The translations under genes and the position numbers were made by a program. A DNA stretch of 56,245 bases from Mollicutes bacterium. Its GTDB lineage: Bacteria; Bacillota_I; Bacilli_A; RF39; UBA660. Positions within the stretch are counted from its first letter, which is position 1. Every line of letters starts with the position of its first letter. This document shows positions 17,343 through 26,961 of the stretch, piece after piece. The stretch lies in contig PWLE01000009.1 of the NCBI GenBank assembly GCA_003559495.1, positions 1 to 56,245 on the forward strand. The letters are read 5' to 3'. The notes under the pieces were generated by a model. That model saw only the letters and a list, made by a program, of their open reading frames with translations, searched no databases and was not told where the DNA came from.

Positions 17343-19026
17343 CTTCTTCCTCGATATGATCATTGTAATCATCTTCAATTGGTAAAATAGCAACTTCAAT
17401 AATTAATCGCACCCCTGCAGCAACAGTTGTTCCTTCGGCACGATTTTGCGTCAATATTGTTCCTGGGGGCTGGTGTTCGGTTTCTTGTCTTCGCACTACT
17501 AAATTTAGTTCATGCTTAGAAGCAAAATCTTCGATTTCTTCAACCGTCCAAGTACCATCAGTAAAATCTGGATATTGAACCGTAATAATTGGTAACACTA
17601 AGGTTATGACATCACCTGGTTCTACTCTTGTCCCAGCAGCTGGTGATTGATCAATAATTTCATTTTCTTGATAATCTTCTGGATCATCAACCCTAATATT
17701 ATCTGTAAATACTATTAAATTACGTGCTTCTAATTTATTTTTAACTTCAAAATAATCTTTACCGATATAATCTTCTAGGTCAAAACCAATTTCTCCTAAT
17801 GAAATAACTAATTTAATTTCGGTTCCCTCTTTTACTATGCGGCCATGCCGCGGAATTGTTCGCACAACCATTCCTTCTGGCACATCATTATTATGTTCTT
17901 CATCAACATCCGGTGTTAAGCGAAGCCCCGTCGAGCGGATTTTTTCCTCAGCTTGCAAGACTTCCATATTGGAAACATCTGGTATAACAACTTCTGGCAC
18001 ACGCGAAATATTAGGATACATTAAAACTAAATATATTAAAGCGCCCGCCAAACTAAGACAAACAAAAATCAAAAAGCCAATTATTATGTTCAAAAAAATA
18101 TCAACCTTGTTTTTACCTTTTTTGCTTCCTTCTTTTTCTTCATCCGAACCACTCATTTCATTTTCAGGATGCTTAAAAACTATTCTTATTGCTTCTCTTT
18201 CTTCTTCATCTAAGCACTTTTCTAAATCTTGAAATAACTCATTAGCATGATTATAACGATTTTTAGGATTTTTAGCAGTTGCTTTTAAAATAATATTTTC
18301 AACACTTTGAGGAATATTAGGATTTGCTACGCGCATATTAGGAAGTTGTTCTTTCATTTGCTTTATGGCAATTTCAACGGCACTTTCGCCTTTAAAAGGA
18401 ATTTTTCCCGTTAATAATTCATACATTATAATTCCTAATGAATAAATGTCACTTTTAATTGTTGCACTACCACCATTTGCTTGTTCTGGGGGAAGATAAT
18501 GAACCGAGCCCATAACAGAATTAGTCTGTGTTAATTCATTATTATTTAAAGCCATGGCAATGCCAAAATCAGCAATTTTAACTGTGCCATCATCTAAAAT
18601 TAAAACATTTTGTGGTTTAATATCACGATGAATAATATAACTATTATGGGCATGAATAACGGCACTAGTAAGTTGTTTCATAATATCAATTGTTTCGGCA
18701 AATGTTAATGCTCCTCTTCTTTTAATCAAATTTTTCAAAGTTTTGCCTTCAATATATTCCATAATAATATAATAATTGCCATCTTCCTCACCAACATCAT
18801 ACATTTCAACAATATTAGGATGAGAAAGAGAACTAGCATTAATTGCTTCTCTTTGAAAACGTTTGACAAACCTTTCATCTTCTGCTAAATCACCACGTAA
18901 AACTTTTACCGCGACATTGCGTTCTAAAATTTCGTCATAGGCAAGATAAACATTAGCCATGCCCCCCTCACCAATTAAGCGAATAATACGATAACGATTA
19001 TTTATTCTTTGATCTCTTGCAATCAT
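17335..19026 (-). CDS. prkC: Ser/Thr protein kinase with three extracellular PASTA repeats (PrkC/PknB type)
   Basis: GEGGMANVY..VAVK, HRDIKPQN, DFG, one TM, then three PASTA-like repeats. Confidence 0.9.
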   Translation of the reverse strand: MIARDQRINNRYRIIRLIGEGGMANVYLAYDEILERNVAVKVLRGDLAEDERFVKRFQREAINASSLSHPNIVEMYDVGEEDGNYYIIMEYIEGKTLKNLIKRRGALTFAETIDIMKQLTSAVIHAHNSYIIHRDIKPQNVLILDDGTVKIADFGIAMALNNNELTQTNSVMGSVHYLPPEQANGGSATIKSDIYSLGIIMYELLTGKIPFKGESAVEIAIKQMKEQLPNMRVANPNIPQSVENIILKATAKNPKNRYNHANELFQDLEKCLDEEEREAIRIVFKHPENEMSGSDEEKEGSKKGKNKVDIFLNIIIGFLIFVCLSLAGALIYLVLMYPNISRVPEVVIPDVSNMEVLQAEEKIRSTGLRLTPDVDEEHNNDVPEGMVVRTIPRHGRIVKEGTEIKLVISLGEIGFDLEDYIGKDYFEVKNKLEARNLIVFTDNIRVDDPEDYQENEIIDQSPAAGTRVEPGDVITLVLPIITVQYPDFTDGTWTVEEIEDFASKHELNLVVRRQETEHQPPGTILTQNRAEGTTVAAGVRLIIEVAILPIEDDYNDHIEEEDE

Positions 19027-19763
19027 TATTTTGCACCACCTTTAGTTAAAAAAGCAGCCGAAATATTATCAGGTCCACCCCGATTATTACTTTTTAATAT
19101 TAGTTTGTGTAATTTGTCTTCAATAGTTGTATCTTCATTTAATACTTTATTAATTTGTTCATCATCAAGCATATTAGTTAAGCCATCACTACAAAGAAAA
19201 ATGCCTTCAATTTCATTTTCAACATGAAAAATATCCATATCAATATTAGTCATTGAACCTAATGCTTTCATTAAAACATTTTTGCGTGGATGATTTTTAG
19301 CTTCGGCATCAGTTAATTCACCCGTTGAAATTAATAAACTTACCAATGTATGATCTTGCGTAATTTTATGTAATTTACCATTGCGCATTACATAACCGGA
19401 ACTATCACCAATATTACCAAACACTAAAAATTCTTTTGTTAAAATACTTAAAACTAAAGTTGTTCCCATTCCTTGACTTTGTGGTTTTGCCAAAGTATGT
19501 TGATAAATTTGTTGATTTATTTCACTAACCGTCTCTTTTATCCAAATAACGGCATCATCATAACTACCAATAGTTGCTAATGAACTAAACTTTTGTCCTA
19601 AATGAGTAACCGCAATTGATGATGCTACCTCACCAGCATTATGACCTCCCATGCCATCAGCAATCGCCATTAACACTTCACAATTTTTATTTTCACTTAT
19701 TATGACATTATCTTCATTATGATCCCGTACTTTTCCAGGATCAGTTATTGAAAAATATTCCAT
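19026..19763 (-). CDS. prpC: PP2C-family Ser/Thr phosphatase
   Basis: TDPGKVRDHNED, ADGMGGH, CSDGL, GGPDNIS motifs; ATG at 19763 behind GAGGAGG. Confidence 0.9.
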   Translation of the reverse strand: MEYFSITDPGKVRDHNEDNVIISENKNCEVLMAIADGMGGHNAGEVASSIAVTHLGQKFSSLATIGSYDDAVIWIKETVSEINQQIYQHTLAKPQSQGMGTTLVLSILTKEFLVFGNIGDSSGYVMRNGKLHKITQDHTLVSLLISTGELTDAEAKNHPRKNVLMKALGSMTNIDMDIFHVENEIEGIFLCSDGLTNMLDDEQINKVLNEDTTIEDKLHKLILKSNNRGGPDNISAAFLTKGGAK

Positions 19764-19764
19764 C

Positions 19765-20796
19765 CTATTCCTCCTCATTTTGTACTCGCAACTGTCCACA
19801 AGCCGCCCATATATTAGCGCCCAATTCTTTGCGAATTGTGACATTAATATTACTTTGTTTTATTATATCATAAAACTTCTTAATTTGCTCTATTGATGAA
19901 GCCTGGAATTGCGAATTATCATTATCATTATAAGGAATCAAATTAATATAACAATTTAATTCTTTAACCAAATTTATTAATTGGCAGGCATGCTCTTTTT
20001 GATCATTAATATCTTTTAACATTATATATTCAAAAGTAATACGTCTTTTTGTTTTGTGATAATAATTATGCAAACTACTCATTAAAATTTCTAAAGGATA
20101 TTTCTTATTAATAGGCATTAATTTATTACGTAATTGATTATTAGGAGCATTAAGTGATATTGCTAAGTTAACTTGTTTTTCTTCATTAGCAAATTTATTA
20201 ATTTGATCAACCAAGCCACAAGTTGAAATCGTAATATGGCGCGCCCCTATTTTTAAACCATGGGGATCATTTATAATATCAATAAATGTCATAACATGAT
20301 CATAATTATCAAATGGCTCACCAATTCCCATTAAAACAACGTGGGTAATTTTAGTTTTGCTTTCCTCTTCAATTAACAAAAGTTGTTGCACCATTTCAAA
20401 AACTTTTAAATCGCGTATTTTTTTTCTTTCACCACTGGCACAAAATAAACACCCCATATTACAGCCAACTTGTGTCGAAACGCACAAACTAAAGCCATAA
20501 TTTTGTTTTAACAAAACCGCTTCTATTTTATGACCATCTAATAATTCAAACAAATATTTTTGCGCTTGCTGAGATGATTTTTTTTCAATAATGGCAATTT
20601 TTGCAAAAGAAAAATTTTCACTTAAATTATCTTGAATTTCTTTTTTAATATTTGTCATCAAAGAAAAAGAAGAAACTTTTTTTTGATAAAGCCAGGTAAA
20701 AATTTGTTGCGCACGAAAAGTTTTTTCACCTTGTTTTTGAAAGTATTCCATCAATTGTCCTTGTGAATAATCATATATATTTTTCATTTCCTTCAC
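19765..20796 (-). CDS. rlmN: 23S rRNA/tRNA A2503/A37 C2-methyltransferase RlmN (radical SAM)
   Basis: CNMGCLFCASG radical-SAM cluster motif, C-terminal GQL; synteny with prpC-prkC. Confidence 0.9.
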   Translation of the reverse strand: MKEMKNIYDYSQGQLMEYFQKQGEKTFRAQQIFTWLYQKKVSSFSLMTNIKKEIQDNLSENFSFAKIAIIEKKSSQQAQKYLFELLDGHKIEAVLLKQNYGFSLCVSTQVGCNMGCLFCASGERKKIRDLKVFEMVQQLLLIEEESKTKITHVVLMGIGEPFDNYDHVMTFIDIINDPHGLKIGARHITISTCGLVDQINKFANEEKQVNLAISLNAPNNQLRNKLMPINKKYPLEILMSSLHNYYHKTKRRITFEYIMLKDINDQKEHACQLINLVKELNCYINLIPYNDNDNSQFQASSIEQIKKFYDIIKQSNINVTIRKELGANIWAACGQLRVQNEEE

Positions 20797-20804
20797 CTTA
20801 ACTT

Positions 20805-20813
20805 ATTATATCA
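20805..20813 (-). promoter_or_regulatory. Extended -10 element TGATATAAT upstream of rlmN
   Basis: Plus-strand attatatca, 9 nt upstream of the rlmN start region. Confidence 0.45.
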
Positions 20814-20838
20814 TTTCTAAAAAAAACAAAAAAGCCTT

Positions 20839-21699
20839 TTAAAGGCTTTTTATTATCGTTGGTAATTGTTTTTTCAAACAACGGGAAACTTCTTTTGCTA
20901 AAAAGCGCTCATAATAACAAATCGCAATCACAGCCATAATATCAACCAATTGTCTTTTATCTTTAACTGCTAAATCAAAATGACCATAAAAGGTTTCCTC
21001 AACATATAAATCAAAAGTAAAACCAATTTTACTCTTTTCAAGATTTTTTACCGAAATATCATTTCGCTTGTTTAATCCATAAAAGAATACTGGTTTTTGT
21101 AATTTATTAACGTCACACAATGTATAATCACCATAAACTAAAATAATTTTTTTAGTTTTATTTAATTTTTGCTGCTGACTCATAATATATTTATATAAAT
21201 TTTGTTTTTGCGATGCAATAATAGCATAATAAAAAACAGCTACCTTTTCATCTAAATCTTCAATATTAGTTTTTAAAACAATATAAGGATTGTCTCTTTT
21301 GGCTCGAGCACAATATTCTTCAATTAAACAATTACACCCTCTTAATTCATTTAGAACTTCTGTCAAAACAAGGCTTAAAAAAATTGAATTAGAATCTAAA
21401 ACCATTACTGTTTGATGTTTTTCAACTAAATAATTAATTACTTCTTGATAAGAGTAAACTTTTAATTTTAAAGCAAAAGCTTTTTGTAATGTTGTATTAT
21501 CTTTTGTAATATCATCGGCTTTAATTACTCGCTTGGCATTTTCGATAGGATGAAGAGTAAAAATTGCCTCATTTTCTTTAATAATATCTTTTTTATCACA
21601 CGCTACAACATGACCCAATTCTTTTAAAAACTGCGCTAAAAAATACATCTTTTTGTTTTTCGCACCGATAAAAAAATACATTTTCTTCTCCTTTATCAA
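20839..21699 (-). CDS. Truncated MurC-like (Mur ligase N-terminal plus central domain) protein with degenerate catalytic motifs
   Basis: By-eye collinearity with MurC: FIGAKNKKMYFLAQFLKELGHVVACD, VMVLDSNSIFLSLVLTEVL (P-loop position), YIVLKTNIEDLD, YGLNKRNDI...FDLAVKDKRQLVDIMAVIAICY; no C-terminal domain. Confidence 0.5.
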   Translation of the reverse strand: MIKEKKMYFFIGAKNKKMYFLAQFLKELGHVVACDKKDIIKENEAIFTLHPIENAKRVIKADDITKDNTTLQKAFALKLKVYSYQEVINYLVEKHQTVMVLDSNSIFLSLVLTEVLNELRGCNCLIEEYCARAKRDNPYIVLKTNIEDLDEKVAVFYYAIIASQKQNLYKYIMSQQQKLNKTKKIILVYGDYTLCDVNKLQKPVFFYGLNKRNDISVKNLEKSKIGFTFDLYVEETFYGHFDLAVKDKRQLVDIMAVIAICYYERFLAKEVSRCLKKQLPTIIKSL

Positions 21700-21708
21700 A
21701 AACTTAAT

Positions 21709-22974
21709 TTATTCTTGATATTCAAATTCAAAATCAGCAATACGAACAATATCACCAACTTTAACACCAGCATCTTTTAATTTATCATCAATTCCCATTT
21801 TTCTTAATTTATATGTAAAACGATCAACCGCTTCGTCAGTCGTAAAATTTGTCATCTTCACTAGTTTTTCTATTTCATAACCACGAACTACCCAAACATT
21901 ATTTTCACGGTAAATATTAAAGTCATCTATTGTATTAAATTTATAAATAATGTGGTCTTCAAAAGTTTCTTCACTAGTTTTTTCTTTTGTTTCGGCTAAC
22001 ATTTGTTTTAAAACGTTGACAAGTTCTGATAATCCCTGATTATTAATTGCTGATATTTCATAAACAGGTAAATTTACTTGTTTTTTAAATTCTTTTAATT
22101 TTTCTTGCGCCCAAGGAATATCCATTTTATTAGCAACAATAATTTGTGGTTTTTTCATTAATTCTTCACTAAAGTTTGCTAATTCTTGATTTATTGTTTG
22201 GTAATCTTCATAAGGATCTCGCTGTTCAAAAGAACCCATATCAACTATGTGAGCAATTATTTTCGTTCTTTCAATATGTTTTAAAAACCGATCCCCAAGC
22301 CCCTCACCCTGGGAAGCGCCTTTAATTAAGCCCGGCAGATCAGCAACGACAAAACTTATGCCATCACTAGCAGCAACAACGCCTAAATTAGGATGTAAGG
22401 TTGTAAAATGATAATCAGCAATTTTTGGTTTCGCAGCTGATATTTTAGAAATAATAGTTGATTTGCCAACACTTGGCATGCCAACTAATCCAACATCAGC
22501 AAGCATTTTTAATTCTACTTTTATATTTTTTTCTTCCCCAGGCTCACCATTTTCAGCTAAAGAAGGTGCTGGATTACTACCTGTTGCAAACGCCATATTA
22601 CCACGGCCCCCGCGCCCACCTTTCGCAATAACTGCTCTTTGTTTTTTATTTACTAAATCTGCTAAAACAGTTTCCGTATCTAAATCTTTAATTACCGTTC
22701 CTAAAGGAACTTTTATAACAATTTCTTCAGCATTTTTACCATGTTTTCCTTTACCACCACCGTGATCACCACGTTCTCCTTTAATGAATTTATATTGATG
22801 AAGATCGACTAAAGTATTAAGACCTTCATCGGCTTCAAAAACAATATTAGATCCATTACCACCGTTGCCACCAAAAGGACCGCCAAATTCAACATATTTT
22901 TCACGGCGAAAAGCAATACAACCATTGCCACCATCGCCAGCTTTTACTTTCATATTTATTTCATCAACAAACAT
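21709..22974 (-). CDS. obg: GTPase Obg/CgtA
   Basis: MFVDE..KAGDGGNGCIAFRREKY glycine-rich Obg fold, GMPSVGKST, DLPGLI, C-terminal TGS-like domain. Confidence 0.95.
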   Translation of the reverse strand: MFVDEINMKVKAGDGGNGCIAFRREKYVEFGGPFGGNGGNGSNIVFEADEGLNTLVDLHQYKFIKGERGDHGGGKGKHGKNAEEIVIKVPLGTVIKDLDTETVLADLVNKKQRAVIAKGGRGGRGNMAFATGSNPAPSLAENGEPGEEKNIKVELKMLADVGLVGMPSVGKSTIISKISAAKPKIADYHFTTLHPNLGVVAASDGISFVVADLPGLIKGASQGEGLGDRFLKHIERTKIIAHIVDMGSFEQRDPYEDYQTINQELANFSEELMKKPQIIVANKMDIPWAQEKLKEFKKQVNLPVYEISAINNQGLSELVNVLKQMLAETKEKTSEETFEDHIIYKFNTIDDFNIYRENNVWVVRGYEIEKLVKMTNFTTDEAVDRFTYKLRKMGIDDKLKDAGVKVGDIVRIADFEFEYQE

Positions 22975-23031
22975 ACTATCACCCGTATTATAATTATACA
23001 CTAATTTAAAAAAAATAGAAACTTAAAGTTT

Positions 23032-23328
23032 CTATATTTTTTCCGAGTAAACACTTACTTGCTTTTTAAAACGTCCAATTCTTTCATATTTCACATAGCC
23101 ATCTATTTTTGCAAAAACAGTATCGTCACTACCAATACCAACGTTTTTGCCCGGATATATTTTTGTGCCACGTTGACGATATAAAATTGCACCGCCAGTA
23201 ACATATTCACCATCAGTTGCTTTGGCACCTAATCGTTTTGAAATTGAATCACGGCCATTTTTAGTTGATCCTTGGCCTTTTTTGTGTGCAAATAATTGAA
23301 TATCTAATTTCATTAATTTAATCATCAT
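23032..23328 (-). CDS. rpmA: 50S ribosomal protein L27 with cleavable N-terminal extension
   Basis: ..[21 protein letters not shown]; SD AGGAGGTG 4 nt before the first ATG, giving a 14-aa pre-sequence. Confidence 0.95.
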   Translation of the reverse strand: MMIKLMKLDIQLFAHKKGQGSTKNGRDSISKRLGAKATDGEYVTGGAILYRQRGTKIYPGKNVGIGSDDTVFAKIDGYVKYERIGRFKKQVSVYSEKI

Positions 23329-23635
23329 AACACCTCCTAATTTCTATATTTTTGGGATATTGATCTTGCAAATCAAATAATAATTCTATTAAATTTACAA
23401 TTAAAGTATTTGTCACATTATCTTTCTTTTTCACAATAATACGCATTAAATCTTCTTCTTGATAATAGTCAATTGCCTTTTCATCTAAACGAAGTAATCC
23501 GTTAACACTCGTAATAACAATACTTGAGATTGCTGCACAAACAATGTCCCTACCCTTTTTAGCATATTCAGCATGTCCGGTTATTTTAATTTCCCTTACT
23601 TTTTCTTTTTGATAATCTACTTTTATTTGAATCAT
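23318..23635 (-). CDS. prp: Ribosomal-processing cysteine protease Prp
   Basis: [21 protein letters not shown] (His/Cys dyad context); position between rplU and rpmA. Confidence 0.85.
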   Translation of the reverse strand: MIQIKVDYQKEKVREIKITGHAEYAKKGRDIVCAAISSIVITSVNGLLRLDEKAIDYYQEEDLMRIIVKKKDNVTNTLIVNLIELLFDLQDQYPKNIEIRRCYDD

Positions 23636-23636
23636 T

Positions 23637-23939
23637 TTATTTCACTACAATTTCTTCAACAACTAGCATTGTATAGGGTTGGCGATGACCTTGGGTGCGG
23701 CGATATTTTTTCTTTGGTTTATATTTAAAAATTGTTATTTTTCGCTGCTTATCATGTTTTTTTATGCGCGCTTTAACTTTTACATTGGGAAGATATGGAC
23801 GTCCAGAAACACCATTACACATTAAAACTTTGTCTAAATCAACTACTGAATTAACTTCACCAGCTATTTTTTCAACGTATAACACGGTACCTTTTTTAAC
23901 AAAATACTGTTTCCCGCCCACTTCAACTACTGCTTTCAT
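23637..23939 (-). CDS. rplU: 50S ribosomal protein L21
   Basis: MKAVVEVGGKQYFVKKG...KYKPKKKYRRTQGHRQPYT. Confidence 0.95.
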   Translation of the reverse strand: MKAVVEVGGKQYFVKKGTVLYVEKIAGEVNSVVDLDKVLMCNGVSGRPYLPNVKVKARIKKHDKQRKITIFKYKPKKKYRRTQGHRQPYTMLVVEEIVVK

Positions 23940-24029
23940 GTTTACCTCCTTATTTTTCTAAGACTCACCATTGAGGCACTTCTGTTTTTAAACCTCTTCT
24001 GTATGGTTGTAGAGAAAGGCCCTACACAA
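23940..24029 (-). ncRNA. Structured 5' leader of rplU-prp-rpmA (candidate L21-leader-type cis-regulator)
   Basis: About 90-nt UTR between the strong promoter and the SD, with hairpin GTTGTGTAG..CTACAAC and a duplicated CAGAAG. Confidence 0.4.
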
Positions 24030-24035
24030 CATCAA

Positions 24036-24064
24036 ATGATATCATAAATGATGTTTTTTGTCAA
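24036..24064 (-). promoter_or_regulatory. rplU operon promoter TTGACA-17-(TGa)TATCAT
   Basis: -35 at 24059..24064, -10 at 24036..24041, TG at -15/-14. Confidence 0.6.
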
Positions 24065-24133
24065 TTATTACAAATCCAAAATAATTTTTGAATGGCAATG
24101 TAAATATCACTTTTATTATTTTTTTTCTTATTA

Positions 24134-24219
24134 TGGTGCAAGTAGAGGGATTTGAACCCTCACAGGCTTTTGCCCACAAGCCCCTCAAGCTTGCGCGTCT
24201 ACCGTTCCGCCATACTTGC
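24134..24219 (-). tRNA. tRNA-Leu (anticodon GAG), long variable arm, CCA encoded
   Basis: GCAAGTATGGCGGAACGGTAGACGCGCAAGCTTGAGGGGCTTGTGGGCAAAAGCCTGTGAGGGTTCAAATCCCTCTACTTGCACCA; own TGCTATAAT at 24228..24236. Confidence 0.9.
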
Positions 24220-24258
24220 TTTCTAATATTATAGCATTTTTTTGTAACTTTTTACGTT

Positions 24259-24744
24259 TTAAAGTTCAACTTCCATAATATTGCTTCCCCCATCAGAAAT
24301 AATTTTATAAATATCTCTGTGCGCAAGAAATAATGTCACATCATTACTATTAGGATGAAACCCAATCTTTTCTTCGCCAGCTAATTCTTTATCAAAAACC
24401 ACGACAATTTTTTTATCAACATTGTTTAAAATTCCAAAAGGAGTAACCGAACCCTTTGTCAATTTTAAACATTCATGCAATCGCCTTTCGGAAGCGAAAG
24501 AAAGTCTTGTCGCGCCAATTTTTTCCCCCAATTCTTTTAAATTAACCTTTTTATCACCTTTAACAACAATTAAATAATGAATTTGCCCATTAGCATTTCT
24601 AAGAAATAAATTTTTGGCTATAACACCATAATTATATAATTCTAATTTTTGCAAATCTTCAATCGTATGCACAAAATTATGATCAAATCTTTTATATTTA
24701 ATTCCTTTAGAATCTAAAAATTCAACAACTTCTTCTTTCTTCAT
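24259..24744 (-). CDS. YbaK/ProX-family aminoacyl-tRNA editing (deacylase) protein
   Basis: KNLFLRN..YLIVVKGDKKVNLKEL...LKLTKGSVTPFGILNN pattern, about 160 aa. Confidence 0.7.
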   Translation of the reverse strand: MKKEEVVEFLDSKGIKYKRFDHNFVHTIEDLQKLELYNYGVIAKNLFLRNANGQIHYLIVVKGDKKVNLKELGEKIGATRLSFASERRLHECLKLTKGSVTPFGILNNVDKKIVVVFDKELAGEEKIGFHPNSNDVTLFLAHRDIYKIISDGGSNIMEVEL

Positions 24745-24745
24745 T

Positions 24746-26071
24746 TTAACTCCTTAAGGCCTTAAACATTTTTTTCCAAAGACCAGTTGTCGAATAATTT
24801 AAAATTCCTACTTTATAAACTTTTAACCCATATCTAATTAATAAATAGTTAAATATAACCATCAACAAAATAGAAATTAATACTTCCGTTATGCTAATTT
24901 GTTCCAACACTAATAACGATGGTGATAAAATTGCTGATAGTAAGGGAACAAAAGAAAGAACCTTTATAAATGTTGCCCCCGTAAATACCCCCGCCATAAT
25001 TGATAAATAATAACCAATTACTAAAATAATAACAATCGGTGTTTGTAATTGTTGGAAATCTTCTATATTAGTTGTCATCGACGCCAAAATACCTGCTAAT
25101 AGCGCATAAGCAATAAAAGTTAATAACATTAAAATTAAAGTTAACGGAATAATATAAACTAATTGACTGCCAAATTCACTATCAAGAACCATTCTAACTA
25201 AATTACCTACCTCGGCACTAACACCATCAGTAATCCCAGTGGATGGTATTAATTGGCGGGTTAATAGCGCTATTAACCCAAATATGAACAAAAGCAACCC
25301 CTGAATAATAACAAACAAATTACCAGCGATTATTTTAGCAAAAAAGTGAATTTTCGGCGGGACACTAGAAATTATTATTTCCATGCCATGACTTGATTTC
25401 TCATCATTAACTTCGGCTCCAATCATCTGAACTAAAAAAATAGTTAACATGAAAAAAGGAAGAATAACAAAAGGAAAAACCGTTGTCATAATTGCTGCTT
25501 GCATTTCTTCTTCACTGTCTTTTTCTTCATCTAAAATAACTCTTTCTACTTCAATTGGCGTGGTTATTTTGGCCAATTCATCTTGATCAATTTCTGTTTC
25601 TAATAAAGCAATAATAGCCTTTGTTTCATTTAACGCTCCTAAAATGATTTGTTGTTTTACGGTGCCCAAATAAACTTCGGTAATTAACTTTGCTTCAATA
25701 ACATTTTCGCTAGGCATTAAATAAATGACAATACTCGACGGTTCCTCAGCAATAATTTCCTCATAATCAAATTCATCATAATCATCTTTATCAATTAAGT
25801 TTAGTTCAAAAGATGATTCATCAAAACCAAAAACTCTTTTTTCCATCGCCAATAATTGCTCACTTAAAATATCATAGCTTTTCTCAGTTTTATCAACAAC
25901 ATAAACTTGTTCTTTGCGATCAAATTCACCACCGAAAAAAGTAATAATAATATCAATATTAGCAAGCGCCACTATCAAAATTGCTAAAAGCGCATTGACA
26001 ATGACAAACCATTTAGTTTTTATTTTTCGATTTAAGCTAACTTTTATTAAAAACCATAATTTACTCGCCAT
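24746..26071 (-). CDS. ABC-2/NatB-type transporter permease
   Basis: N-terminal TM, large extracytoplasmic loop, five C-terminal TM helices; ATG at 26071 behind AGGTGA, overlapping the ATPase stop. Confidence 0.75.
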   Translation of the reverse strand: MASKLWFLIKVSLNRKIKTKWFVIVNALLAILIVALANIDIIITFFGGEFDRKEQVYVVDKTEKSYDILSEQLLAMEKRVFGFDESSFELNLIDKDDYDEFDYEEIIAEEPSSIVIYLMPSENVIEAKLITEVYLGTVKQQIILGALNETKAIIALLETEIDQDELAKITTPIEVERVILDEEKDSEEEMQAAIMTTVFPFVILPFFMLTIFLVQMIGAEVNDEKSSHGMEIIISSVPPKIHFFAKIIAGNLFVIIQGLLLFIFGLIALLTRQLIPSTGITDGVSAEVGNLVRMVLDSEFGSQLVYIIPLTLILMLLTFIAYALLAGILASMTTNIEDFQQLQTPIVIILVIGYYLSIMAGVFTGATFIKVLSFVPLLSAILSPSLLVLEQISITEVLISILLMVIFNYLLIRYGLKVYKVGILNYSTTGLWKKMFKALRS

Positions 26072-26960
26072 ACTTTTCACCTACTTTCGCCACAAAAATC
26101 TCATTTAAAGACGGTTGTTGCAATAAAAACTTATATAAACGATGATCTTTTACTTGTTTAAAAACATTATCTAAATAAGATGCATCTTTTATTTTAACTT
26201 CAAAGTCATCACCATTTTTGCTAACAGAAACAACCCCTTCAATTGCCTCTAAATCTTTTTTCTTAATATCTTCACCATTAATAAAAATATTTTTTTGTTG
26301 GTAATCTTCTTTTATTTTAGCAATTTCACCACCTAATACTTCACGACCATCTTGAATAATTACTATTTTTTTACAAAAAAGTTCCACATGTTCCATGCGA
26401 TGAGTTGAAAAAATAATCATACATCCTTTATCGGCCATTTCTAATATTTGTTTTTTAAATAATTCAACATTAAAAGGATCTAATCCTGCAAACGGTTCAT
26501 CTAAAATTAACAATTCTGGTTCATTCATAATCGCGGTAATAAATTGAATTTTTTGTTGATTTCCCTTTGACAACTCTTTTATCGGCCGTTCCCAATAATC
26601 AGAAATACCAAATTTGCGAAGATACATCACGACTTTCTCACAAACTTCTTCTTCACTCATTCCTTTTAAAACGCCATAAAAAATACATTGTTCTTTAACA
26701 GTTAATTTTGTTAATAGGCTCCGTTCTTCAGTTAAAAAACCAATTTTATCAGTAACATTATAATTAATGTTTTTGTTATCTAAAGTAACCTTGCCCCCTT
26801 CATAATCAAGCAGACCCATTATAACACGAAAAGTTGTTGTCTTACCACTACCATTCACACCTAACAGGCCAAAAATTTCACCACGATTAACGGAAAACGA
26901 TAAATCATCAACCGCTAAAAAATCATCATAATACTTTGTTACATTTGCTACTTTTAACAT
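26061..26960 (-). CDS. ABC transporter ATP-binding protein (NatA-like)
   Basis: Walker A GVNGSGKTT, signature LSKGNQQK, Walker B LILDEPFAGLD. Confidence 0.9.
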   Translation of the reverse strand: MLKVANVTKYYDDFLAVDDLSFSVNRGEIFGLLGVNGSGKTTTFRVIMGLLDYEGGKVTLDNKNINYNVTDKIGFLTEERSLLTKLTVKEQCIFYGVLKGMSEEEVCEKVVMYLRKFGISDYWERPIKELSKGNQQKIQFITAIMNEPELLILDEPFAGLDPFNVELFKKQILEMADKGCMIIFSTHRMEHVELFCKKIVIIQDGREVLGGEIAKIKEDYQQKNIFINGEDIKKKDLEAIEGVVSVSKNGDDFEVKIKDASYLDNVFKQVKDHRLYKFLLQQPSLNEIFVAKVGEKYGE

Positions 26961-26961
26961 C

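Noticed and set aside
17837-18232. Plus-strand 131-aa ORF antisense to prkC (similarly 22463..22765 antisense to obg, 14923..15192 antisense to PFOR, and 36549..38554 ORFs antisense to uvrA)
   Set aside because: All lie wholly inside strongly supported minus-strand genes. Their Ser/Pro/Phe-rich products have no motifs or ribosome-binding sites.
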